Assembly (NCBI GenBank): GCA_964569015.1
Contig: CAZMSN010000003.1
Location: forward strand, 9,257 to 73,256
Direction of reading: 5' to 3'
DNA: 64,000 nt
Source: an uncultured Acidimicrobiaceae bacterium
GTDB lineage: Bacteria > Actinomycetota > Acidimicrobiia > Spongiisociales > UBA5794
The number at the start of each line of letters is the position of its first letter. The stretch's first letter is position 1. The position numbers and the translations under genes are program-made. The notes below the pieces were generated by a model, which had not been told where the DNA came from, did no database searches, and saw nothing but the letters and a program-made list of their open reading frames with translations. Of the stretch, positions 39,446-47,651 are shown in pieces.

Positions 39446-41095
39446 GTGCCGATGGTCACCAGCAACGTCGATCGGAAGCTGGGTGAGGTGCTCGTCAAAC
39501 GTCGCCTCCTGAGCCGGGATGACCTCGAATCCCATTTGGCTACCGTGAGTCGCACCGGCGAAGCGCTTCCCAATGTCTTGCTCGCCGCAGGGGGTGTGGA
39601 GCAGGTTGATCTCCTGCGAGTGGTATCGGAGCAGGTCGGTGTCGGTTTCGTCGATCTGGGGGCTCCCGACGCGCCCGTACCCGAGGCGGACGCACTGCAC
39701 ACCGTCCCCCAAACGCTGGCCGAGGAGCTCGGGGTGCTGCCGCTTCGATTGGAGACGGACGGGACACTCGTCGTCGCCATCGACAATCCCCTCGACGACG
39801 ATCGCCGCCGTGTTCTCGGGCAGGCGATCGACGGTGAGATCCAGATGATGCTGGCGCCGCGACCCTCTCTCCGTCGGGCCATCCTGCACGCCTACGACTC
39901 TCTGGACGGTCTCTCGCGGGCTCCCGGGGTTCCCGTCACCGGCTCTTCCGGCCCCGGCGATGTGCGAGGCGGGGAGCAGACTCGGGGCGGATCCGAAGAG
40001 GGAGACGATGGTGACGATGACGAGAGGATCTCGGTCACTGATCTCCTCCTCAGGCTGTTGAAGCGGAAGGGCTCCGATCTGCATCTGTCGGTGGGCGCCC
40101 CACCGATGCTGCGTATCGACGGATCCCTGGTGCCGCTCGACGACGTGGGAACGCTCGGGCCGTACCAGCTTCGCAAGATGATCTACGCCATTCTGACCGG
40201 CCGCCAGCGCGAGGAGCTGGAAGAGAACCTCGAGCTCGACCTGTCCTTTCCCATGAAGGACGTTGGCCGGTTCCGCGTCAACGTGTTCTTCCAACGAGAC
40301 TCGATCGGAGCCGTGTTGCGGGCGATTCCCAACCAGATCGTGCCGCTGTCCGATCTCGGGATCCCGCCCATCGTCGAAGGATTCGCCCAGCTCCAGCACG
40401 GCCTCGTTCTCGTGACCGGCCCGGCTGGTTGCGGCAAGTCGACCACGCTGGCGTCGATCGTTGACCTGATCAACACCTCCCGTGCTTGTCACGTCATCAC
40501 TCTCGAGGACCCGATCGAGTTCACACACCACCACAAGCGCTCGGTGGTCAATCAGCGAGAGATCGGCAGCGATACCCGGTCGTTCTCGATTGCGTTACGT
40601 CATGCGCTCCGGCAGGATCCCGACGTCATTCAGGTCGGCGAGATGCGAGACTTGGAGACGATCTCGACCGCGATCACCGCCGCCGAGACCGGCCACTTCA
40701 TCCTGGCGACTCTCCACACGCAGGATGCCCCCCAGTCGGTGGAGCGCATGATCGACGTGTTCCCATCCCAACAGCAGCGCCAGGTCCGGGTCCAACTCGC
40801 CAACTCGCTGCAGGCGGTGGTATCCCAGCAGCTGTTGCCGCGCGCCGACGGCACCGGACGGGCGGCGGCGGTGGAAGTGATGGTGGCGACCCCGGCGATT
40901 CGCAACCTGATCCGGGAGGGGAAGGTCCATCAGATCACGACTGCGATGCAATCGGGCGGCAAGTTTGGGATGGAGACGATGGACGACTCTCTGGCCCGGC
41001 TCGTCAGGACGGGTAAGGTCGCCTACGAGGTCGCCTACGAGCATGCCCACGATCCCGAGGGCTTCGAGAGCCTGACAAAGAGGCGGGCACGATGA
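39446..41095 (+). CDS. pilT: Twitching-motility retraction ATPase PilT with an N-terminal T2SSE_N-like extension
   Basis: The PilT core has Walker A GPAGCGKST and the PilT signature AIRNLIREGKVHQI. It is preceded by a ~150-aa domain resembling the PilB/GspE N-terminal domain and an acidic Gly-rich linker. 549 aa against ~345 for typical PilT. Confidence 0.85.
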   Translation: MPMVTSNVDRKLGEVLVKRRLLSRDDLESHLATVSRTGEALPNVLLAAGGVEQVDLLRVVSEQVGVGFVDLGAPDAPVPEADALHTVPQTLAEELGVLPLRLETDGTLVVAIDNPLDDDRRRVLGQAIDGEIQMMLAPRPSLRRAILHAYDSLDGLSRAPGVPVTGSSGPGDVRGGEQTRGGSEEGDDGDDDERISVTDLLLRLLKRKGSDLHLSVGAPPMLRIDGSLVPLDDVGTLGPYQLRKMIYAILTGRQREELEENLELDLSFPMKDVGRFRVNVFFQRDSIGAVLRAIPNQIVPLSDLGIPPIVEGFAQLQHGLVLVTGPAGCGKSTTLASIVDLINTSRACHVITLEDPIEFTHHHKRSVVNQREIGSDTRSFSIALRHALRQDPDVIQVGEMRDLETISTAITAAETGHFILATLHTQDAPQSVERMIDVFPSQQQRQVRVQLANSLQAVVSQQLLPRADGTGRAAAVEVMVATPAIRNLIREGKVHQITTAMQSGGKFGMETMDDSLARLVRTGKVAYEVAYEHAHDPEGFESLTKRRAR

Positions 41096-42336
41096 GCGCC
41101 ACCGAGGTCAGTTCCACCTACCGCTATCGCGTCCGGGACAAGACGGGGATGATCGTCTCGGGCGAGATCGACGCCAGCTCTCCGGCGAGGGTGGCCGAGA
41201 TGCTCCGTGAACAAGGACTGACACCGATCCACGTCGAGGCGAAATCGACCAGCTTGCTGCAACGCGAGATCAAGATCCCCGTCCTCGGCAATCGACTGAA
41301 GCCCCGTGACGTCGTCATCTTCAGCAGGCAGTTCGCCACCATGATCAACTCGGGGCTGTCGCTCATCAGAGCCCTCGGGGTGCTCGTCGAGCAGACCTCG
41401 AGCCCGGCGCTCGCGGAGATCCTCAGAGAGGTGCGCTCCGATGTCCGCGAGGGCGCCAGCCTGTCGTTTGCGATGGAGAAGCATCCCAAGGCGTTCAACG
41501 AGCTCTACGTGGCGATGGTCCGCGCCGGCGAAGTGGGTGGGGTGCTCGACGAGACGCTCAATCGCCTGGCCGGGATGCTCGAGGCCAACCTCAACCTCCG
41601 TTCCAAGGTTCGATCGGCGATGGCCTATCCAACCGTGATCGCCATCCTCATCACCGGAGTGACGGCGGCGATGATCATGTTCGTGGTGCCGATCTTCGCC
41701 AACATGTACACCGAGATCGATGAGGAAGCGGTGCTCCCGCTGCCGACGCGGATGCTCGTCTCCGTCTCTTCGACGGTGACACGCTGGTGGTTCGTGATCG
41801 TGGGCCTGATCGTGGCCGCGGTGTGGGGGCTGCGGCGCTGGCGCAGCACCGAGGCCGGGAGGCTCGCCCTCGACCGCCTCAAGCTGCGGATTCCGGTCTT
41901 CGGGCGCCTGGCGCACAAGACGGCGATGAGCCGCTTCTCGCGCACGATGGCGGTCCTGAGCGGAACCGGCGTGCCGATCCTGCAAGCGATCGACATCGTC
42001 GGCGACACAGCCGGCAACCAGGTGGTGACGAACGCCCTGGTGGACGTGAAGGAAGCGGTGCGCGCGGGCGAGTCGCTGGCGGAACCGCTGAGCCGCCACA
42101 AGGTGTTCCCCCCGATGGTGGTGCAGATGATGACGGTGGGGGAGGAGACGGGAGCGCTCGACGACATGCTCGCCAAGGTGTCCGACTTCTACGACCGCGA
42201 GGTCGACGACACCGTCAACGCCCTCACCAGCCTCATCGAGCCCTTGTTGATCGTGGTCATGGGGGGCGCCGTGGGAGGGATCCTCATCTCGCTCTACCTG
42301 CCGATTTTCAACCTCGCCCAGCTCGTCAACGGCTGA
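41092..42336 (+). CDS. pilC: Type IV pilus inner-membrane platform protein PilC (GspF family)
   Basis: 414 aa with two T2SSF repeats. ATGA overlap with pilT. Confidence 0.85.
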   Translation: MSATEVSSTYRYRVRDKTGMIVSGEIDASSPARVAEMLREQGLTPIHVEAKSTSLLQREIKIPVLGNRLKPRDVVIFSRQFATMINSGLSLIRALGVLVEQTSSPALAEILREVRSDVREGASLSFAMEKHPKAFNELYVAMVRAGEVGGVLDETLNRLAGMLEANLNLRSKVRSAMAYPTVIAILITGVTAAMIMFVVPIFANMYTEIDEEAVLPLPTRMLVSVSSTVTRWWFVIVGLIVAAVWGLRRWRSTEAGRLALDRLKLRIPVFGRLAHKTAMSRFSRTMAVLSGTGVPILQAIDIVGDTAGNQVVTNALVDVKEAVRAGESLAEPLSRHKVFPPMVVQMMTVGEETGALDDMLAKVSDFYDREVDDTVNALTSLIEPLLIVVMGGAVGGILISLYLPIFNLAQLVNG

Positions 42337-42401
42337 ACAGGCCCGTCGCGGTCAAATGGGCTCAACCGCGGAGGCATCCGGAGCCGATAACGGTTGGTGA
42401 G

Positions 42402-42418
42402 GGGTCGATGTGCGACCC
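42402..42418 (+). promoter_or_regulatory. Conserved 5'-UTR stem-loop upstream of pilin copy 1 (a second copy lies at 43090-43106 upstream of pilin copy 2)
   Basis: The motif is GGGTCG-N5-CGACCC. Both stem arms are conserved between the two paralogous leaders, while the loop differs (ATGTG vs AGATC). It sits about 22 nt upstream of each pilin ATG. Confidence 0.35.
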
Positions 42419-42440
42419 GGCGAGAGAAAGGTCCTTTCCT

Positions 42441-42992
42441 ATGCGATGGATGCGGGAGCGTCTCAGCAAGGAAGAGGGATTCACGCTCATCGAGTTCATG
42501 GTGGTGGTGCTGATCATGGCAGTGCTGGTGGCCATCGCCATTCCGTCCTTCCTCGGATTCCGTCATCAGGCCCAAGATCGCGCCGCGCAGAGCGATCTGC
42601 GGAACGCGTTGCTGGCCGAGAAGGCCGTCTACACCAATGACAGCTCGTTCACGGGCGTCGAGGCCGACCTGAAGGCGTGGGAACCCACGGTGGTGACCGC
42701 GGCGGCCTTGAGCACGGACGCGGTGTACGTGCAGTTCGCGGCGGCGACGTCTGATCAGGTGTGCCTCTCCCAGAAGAGCGACTCCGGGTCGACGTTCATG
42801 ATCTACGAGAACGGCACCGGCGGCACGTTCTATGCCGCCGCCGGCTCGGGCACCACGATCACGTGCCCGAGCGCCGCCGCCCCGACCCTGCCACCCAAGC
42901 AGGTCAGGGTCGCCTGGAGCGCCACCGGCTTCCCCGACGCTCCGGCGGGGAAGAAGGTCACCCCGACACCTGTCACGATCTCGCCGCTCTGA
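42441..42992 (+). CDS. pilA: Type IV major pilin (copy 1)
   Basis: Leader MRWMRERLSKEEG|FTLIEFMVVVLIMAVLVAIAIPSF is a canonical class III signal with Glu+5. Two Cys (disulfide D-region). 183 aa. The ribosome-binding site AGAGAAAGG lies upstream. Confidence 0.85.
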   Translation: MRWMRERLSKEEGFTLIEFMVVVLIMAVLVAIAIPSFLGFRHQAQDRAAQSDLRNALLAEKAVYTNDSSFTGVEADLKAWEPTVVTAAALSTDAVYVQFAAATSDQVCLSQKSDSGSTFMIYENGTGGTFYAAAGSGTTITCPSAAAPTLPPKQVRVAWSATGFPDAPAGKKVTPTPVTISPL

Positions 42993-43128
42993 GGGACGGG
43001 CCGGCGCCACGACGCCACTTGCCGTATGCGACGGTCAACGGAAAGTGGCTCAATCGGTGTGCGGTACCCGCCGATAACCATTGGGAAGAGGGTCGAGATC
43101 CGACCCCTTGAGAGAAAGGTCCATTCCT

Positions 43129-43614
43129 ATGCGATGGATGCGAGAGCGTCTCAGCAAGGAAGAGGGATTCACGCTCATCGAGCTCATGGTGGTGGTGCTG
43201 ATTATGGCAGTGCTAGTGGCCATCGCCATTCCCTCCTTCCTCGGATTCCGTCATCAAGCCCAAGATCGCGCCGCGCAGAGCGATCTGCGTAACGCGTTGC
43301 TGGCCGAGAAGGCGGTCTTCACGGCAACCAACGCGTTCACGGACGTCGAAGCCGAGCTGAAGGCGTGGGAGCCCACGGTGGTAACCGGCGCCGCCTTGAG
43401 CACGGACACGGTGTACGTGGAGTATGCCGCGGCCACGTCTGATCAGGTGTGCCTCTCCCAGGCGAGCGACTCCGGGTCGACGTTCATGGTCTACGAGAAC
43501 GGCACCGAAGGCACCTTCTACGGATCGGGCGACGCCATCACGTGCCCGAGCGCCGCCGCCCCGGCGATCCCGCCGGTGCAGGCGAGCGTCGACTGGAGCG
43601 AAACAGGCTGGTAG
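43129..43614 (+). CDS. pilA: Type IV major pilin (copy 2, tandem paralogue)
   Basis: About 90% nucleotide identity to copy 1 across the 5'-UTR and most of the CDS. Same leader MRWMRERLSKEEG|FTLIELMVV. 161 aa. Confidence 0.85.
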   Translation: MRWMRERLSKEEGFTLIELMVVVLIMAVLVAIAIPSFLGFRHQAQDRAAQSDLRNALLAEKAVFTATNAFTDVEAELKAWEPTVVTGAALSTDTVYVEYAAATSDQVCLSQASDSGSTFMVYENGTEGTFYGSGDAITCPSAAAPAIPPVQASVDWSETGW

Positions 43615-43643
43615 GAGGTTTTGTAAGAGCTTCGTGCTCACGA

Positions 43644-43676
43644 ACGAGGGGACGGACACGGAGTCCGTCCCCTCGT
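43644..43676 (+). terminator. Intrinsic-terminator-like hairpin downstream of pilin copy 2
   Basis: Perfect 14-bp GC-rich stem ACGAGGGGACGGAC / GTCCGTCCCCTCGT with a 5-nt loop, 30 nt after the pilin stop. There is no clear U-tract, which is common in high-GC genomes. Confidence 0.45.
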
Positions 43677-43741
43677 ACGCGTTCGCCACAATGCCGCGAC
43701 CCGCTCGGGTGCTTCTCTAGCCTGCGGCATCGGGAGGCACC

Positions 43742-44515
43742 ATGACCGTATCACTCGTCATTCTGGGGGCCCTGCTCGGGCTCGCCGCCGGCTCGTTCGT
43801 CAACGTGGTGGCGTACCGTGTCCCGCAGCGGGCTTCTCTTCTCCGTCCGCCGTCACACTGCCCTCAGTGCGAGCATGCGATTCTGCGCCGTGACCTGGTC
43901 CCGGTGCTGTCATGGGCGTTGCTGCGGGGGAGATGCCGCAATTGTGGGGGGCGCATCTCTATCCGGTACCCGCTGGTGGAGCTGGGCACGGCTCTGCTGT
44001 TCATAGCCACCGTGCTCGTGCTGGGAGCGGTGTGGGTGATACCGGCGTACTGGGTGTTCGTCACGGTGACCCTGGCGCTGGCCCTCATCGACATCGACCA
44101 CAAGCTGATCCCCAATCGGGTGCTCTTCCCCGGATCGGGGGTCGCCGCAGCCGCCCTGCTCGCGGGGGCGATCGCCGAAGGCACACCGGGATGGTGGCTG
44201 CGGGGAGTCGCCGGCGCGGCCGGGTACTTCGTCGGGTTGCTGCTGCTGGCGCTGATCGCGCCCCGGGGCGGCCTGGGCATGGGCGACGTCAAGCTGGCGC
44301 TGCTGCTCGGGCTGTTCCTGGGCTACCAGGCGTGGGAGCACGTTCTCCTCGGGGCGTTCATCGCGATCCTGCTCGGTGGGTTGGTCTCGGCGGTTCTCCT
44401 CCTCATGCGGAGGAAGGGGAGACAGGACACGATTCCCTTCGGTCCCTACCTCGTGGCCGGCGCCTACGTGACGATCGCATTCGGGGAGCAGATCCTCGAC
44501 TGGTACTTGGGCTAG
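43742..44515 (+). CDS. pilD: Prepilin peptidase (A24 family) PilD
   Basis: N-terminal Zn-binding CxxC...CxxC (CPQCEH...CRNCGG), polytopic membrane domain, and catalytic Asp residues (IDIDHKLIP, GMGDVKL). 257 aa. Confidence 0.9.
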   Translation: MTVSLVILGALLGLAAGSFVNVVAYRVPQRASLLRPPSHCPQCEHAILRRDLVPVLSWALLRGRCRNCGGRISIRYPLVELGTALLFIATVLVLGAVWVIPAYWVFVTVTLALALIDIDHKLIPNRVLFPGSGVAAAALLAGAIAEGTPGWWLRGVAGAAGYFVGLLLLALIAPRGGLGMGDVKLALLLGLFLGYQAWEHVLLGAFIAILLGGLVSAVLLLMRRKGRQDTIPFGPYLVAGAYVTIAFGEQILDWYLG

Positions 44516-44674
44516 GCATTCCCTCGATGTCGCCGCTGCGTAGGCCTGGTGACGACGGCAGCAGGTAGCCTGTCGTTGGCTCCTTCATGCAAAGGCGCTA
44601 CGATCAAAACGTGGATGGAATGACAGCGCTGTAATTTCATCCTTCGAGGGGCTCCACAGTCGAGCGGAGAATGC

Positions 44675-45739
44675 ATGGCCGTAACGGTTGGCCTTGATAT
44701 CGGCGGTAGTGCCGTGCGGGCCGCGGTTCTCGATTCCGGCAAGAATCGCTGGGTACTGCGCCGGTTTGCCGAGATGCCGCTGCCACCCGGGGCCGTCACC
44801 GCCGGCGAGGTGATCGACGAAGGGGCGGTGTCGGAAGCCATCGCCGCTCTGTGGCGGCGCTCCAAGCTCCCCAAGCGGCGGATCGTGGTCGGCCTCGCCA
44901 GCCAGCGGCTCGTCGTTCGCCAGGTCGACGTGCCGAACCTCGGCGCCGAGGAGTTGGCGGAGGCGCTGCCCTATCAGGTGCAGGATTCGATTCCGCTCGC
45001 CGTCGAGGACGCGGTGCTCGACTACGTCCCCCTCGAGGAGTTCATGACGGCCGACGGCGACCCCATGCAGTCGATTCTCGTGATCGCGGTGTACCGGGAG
45101 ATCGTCGACTCGATGATGCGCGTGCTCGCAGGAGCCAATCTCACGCCGACGGCGATCGATCTCCAGCCCTTCGGCCTGGTGCGGGCGATCTTCGGCATCG
45201 AGGCGAGCGTGGGAAGCCCGCTCCAAGCGCTGGTCGACATCGGGGCTTCGGTGACCCAGGTTGCAATCACTCGCGCCGGGACGGCGCGGTTCGTGCGCCT
45301 CTTGCCGCGCGGCGGAGAAGATTTCACGTCGGTGCTCGTCAACGGCCTGGAAATGGACGTTGACGACGCCGCCGACCTCAAGGCTCGACTCGGGGTACGC
45401 GCCGAAGGCACTCCGGCTGAGAGCGACCCGGATGCAGCGGCGCAGCGCCTGCTCACCCTGGAGGCCGACGAGTTGATCGATGACATCCGCGACTCGATCG
45501 ACTTCTTCCTCTCCCAATCCGCCGGCACCACTCTCGAGCGGCTGGTGGTGGCGGGCAACGGCGCCCGGCTCCCGCACCTCGCGAATCGTATGGCTCGGCT
45601 CATGGGCGTACAGGTCGAGCCGGCGAGGATTCTCGACATCGTCGAGGTGGGCCGGGTGGAGCTCGACGAGGATGAGATGCTCGAAGCCCAGCCGGTGCTA
45701 CCAACGGCCCTCGGACTGGCGCTGTGGGGGGAGGTCTGA
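44675..45739 (+). CDS. pilM: Type IV pilus assembly protein PilM (actin-like ATPase fold)
   Basis: 354 aa with the PilM/FtsA-like N-terminus VGLDIGGSAVRAAVL. Confidence 0.8.
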   Translation: MAVTVGLDIGGSAVRAAVLDSGKNRWVLRRFAEMPLPPGAVTAGEVIDEGAVSEAIAALWRRSKLPKRRIVVGLASQRLVVRQVDVPNLGAEELAEALPYQVQDSIPLAVEDAVLDYVPLEEFMTADGDPMQSILVIAVYREIVDSMMRVLAGANLTPTAIDLQPFGLVRAIFGIEASVGSPLQALVDIGASVTQVAITRAGTARFVRLLPRGGEDFTSVLVNGLEMDVDDAADLKARLGVRAEGTPAESDPDAAAQRLLTLEADELIDDIRDSIDFFLSQSAGTTLERLVVAGNGARLPHLANRMARLMGVQVEPARILDIVEVGRVELDEDEMLEAQPVLPTALGLALWGEV

Positions 45740-46356
45740 TGCGGCCCATCAACCTTCTCCCGCCCGAGGCCTTCGAGCGCAGCGCCGGCCGGCGGCGGTT
45801 CGTCCGGCTCGCCCTCATCGGCCTGCTTTACCTCGTACTGCTCGGACTCGTCTTCATCATCGCCCGGCGCGACACCGCCGACATTCGCCACGACGTCGAC
45901 GCCCAGCTCGCCGTCAACTCCAACCTGGAGGCGCAGCGGGCCGAGATGCAGGGCGCCGACGAGCTGGTGGATCGTTACGACCAGAACAGTGCGCTCCTGT
46001 CGGCGCTGCTGGTCTCCGACGTGTCGTGGGGACGGATACTCAATGACCTGGGGCGGATGATCCCCGATCGGATATGGCTCGCCAGTTTCCAGGGAAGGGT
46101 CGACAACGACCCGACCACGCCGGCGCACGGGACCATTCAGGTGAGCGGCACCGGATTCGACTTCGGAGACGTGGCTGCGTGGTTGCGGGCGCTGGACTCC
46201 GACCGCTTCCCCTCGGTGGCGGGCACCTGGGTATCGACCGTGGCAGGCGAGGAGATCAGCGACATCCCGGTGGTCGTCTTCGAGTCGCAGACCTCGCTGA
46301 CGGAGTCAGCGCTCACCGATCGTCTCGCCGAGCGCATTCCGGAGGTGGGGAGATGA
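45739..46356 (+). CDS. pilN: Type IV pilus assembly protein PilN
   Basis: The N-terminal conserved INLLP motif (MRPINLLPPE) is followed by one TM helix and a periplasmic/extracellular coiled-coil. TGATG overlap with pilM. Confidence 0.7.
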   Translation: MRPINLLPPEAFERSAGRRRFVRLALIGLLYLVLLGLVFIIARRDTADIRHDVDAQLAVNSNLEAQRAEMQGADELVDRYDQNSALLSALLVSDVSWGRILNDLGRMIPDRIWLASFQGRVDNDPTTPAHGTIQVSGTGFDFGDVAAWLRALDSDRFPSVAGTWVSTVAGEEISDIPVVVFESQTSLTESALTDRLAERIPEVGR

Positions 46357-47075
46357 AGCGCTCCACCATCTGGCTGCTCGTCGGAGGGCTCTTGGTGGGA
46401 ACCGTGGTGTGGTGGATGTTCCTGATGTCGCCGGAACGGTCCTCGGCCGCCGACGCCCGTGAAGAGCTGGAGATGGCCCAGCTTCGAGAGGCGACGATCC
46501 GCACCCAGATCGCTCAGCTCTCCGACATCATCGACACGGAGATCTCCTACCGGTTCGCCATCGGCGAGATGGAGACCGCGGTCCCGGTTCAGCCACAGGC
46601 AGACGTCTTCATCGAGGACCTCACCTTCCTCGCCGAGAGCACCGGGGTCGACATCTTCTCGTTCGCCCTCTCCCGGCCGACGCCGATCGAGTTCACGGCC
46701 GCAGGCCAGGTCGGGCTCGAGGCCTACGCGGTGACGGTGACCGTCTCCGCGCAAGGCCAGTACTTCGAGGTGCTCGGCTTCCTGTACGGCCTGGAGGCGA
46801 TGGACCGGCTGGTACGGGTCGATTCGATCGGCCTCAGTCCCGGGCAAGAGGCCGAGGAGCCGGAGCAGCCGCCCGAGGAGCCGGAGGAGGACGGCACCAC
46901 GACCACCACGACGACGATCGCCGAACCGCGCCTTCGTCCCGAGCCCGACGTGCTCGCGGTCCAGATAGCTATGAGGATCTTCACGCGCAGCGCGGCGGAC
47001 GTTCCCGACACTAGTTCGGTGCCTGCCGACGGTGGATCGGCCGAGATCGAGAGCGGCGAGGAGTCGACCCAATGA
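46353..47075 (+). CDS. pilO: Type IV pilus assembly protein PilO-like
   Basis: A single N-terminal TM helix, a coiled-coil, a ferredoxin-like core, and a C-terminal acidic/Pro plus poly-Thr tail. ATGA overlap with pilN. Assignment rests on position and topology. Confidence 0.6.
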   Translation: MKRSTIWLLVGGLLVGTVVWWMFLMSPERSSAADAREELEMAQLREATIRTQIAQLSDIIDTEISYRFAIGEMETAVPVQPQADVFIEDLTFLAESTGVDIFSFALSRPTPIEFTAAGQVGLEAYAVTVTVSAQGQYFEVLGFLYGLEAMDRLVRVDSIGLSPGQEAEEPEQPPEEPEEDGTTTTTTTIAEPRLRPEPDVLAVQIAMRIFTRSAADVPDTSSVPADGGSAEIESGEESTQ

Positions 47076-47611
47076 GATGGCCACGATTGCGCGGCTTGGC
47101 GGCGGGGTTCATCGCCCTGGGACTGGTCGTCGCCGGAACGGTGGCCGCCTGGATCGTCATCACCTCAGGGGTCCTGGCCGCCCAGCCCGGGCGGCCGGAC
47201 GACGGCCCTGAGCGACCTCGCGCCGCCACTGAGGCGCTCGAGGCGACAGAATCCGCACCGCTTTCGGCGTCTTTCCAGATCTCCCAGCCGCGTGACCCCT
47301 TCCGCCCCCTGATCACCGAGGGATCCACCACGGGCGACATTCCCGGCATCGGGGGGGTTCCCGGTGGCGAGGAGCCCGCCGACGGCGACGGCTTCGCGCC
47401 GACGGCGACAACGATCACTCTCAAGGCGATACGCGAAGTCAGCGGCGTGCTGCGCGCCACTGTCGTGGTCGGCACGGTGAGCTACGACGTCGGCGTTGGG
47501 GATACGTTCGCCGTGTCCTACAAGGTCATCAGCTTGACCACGACGAAGGGCGTCTTCACCTTCGGCGACAGTGCATTCGAGCTCAGCATCGGCCAGCAGA
47601 TCCTCAAATAG
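47072..47611 (+). CDS. PilP-like pilus assembly protein
   Basis: TM helix, an RDPFRPL motif (PilP-type R[ND]PF), a Gly/Pro-rich linker, and a C-terminal beta-rich domain. ATGA overlap with pilO. Confidence 0.45.
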   Translation: MRWPRLRGLAAGFIALGLVVAGTVAAWIVITSGVLAAQPGRPDDGPERPRAATEALEATESAPLSASFQISQPRDPFRPLITEGSTTGDIPGIGGVPGGEEPADGDGFAPTATTITLKAIREVSGVLRATVVVGTVSYDVGVGDTFAVSYKVISLTTTKGVFTFGDSAFELSIGQQILK

Positions 47612-47651
47612 CGCCGGATATTTCAGAACTCCGCTGGATGCGGAGCCCCTT

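Larger units (their letters stand above)
42384..43614 (+). repeat. Tandem direct duplication (~686-nt period) of the pilin gene plus its 5'-UTR
   Basis: Unit 1 is about 42384-42992 and unit 2 about 43070-43614. They align base-for-base at high identity from CCGATAAC onward and diverge mainly in the C-terminal coding region. Confidence 0.8.

Noticed and set aside
42410-42640. 76-aa ORF overlapping the first pilin gene in another frame (and its twin at 43026-43292)
   Set aside because: These are frame-shifted shadows of the pilin coding sequence. The in-frame pilin ORFs, with canonical prepilin leaders, explain the region.
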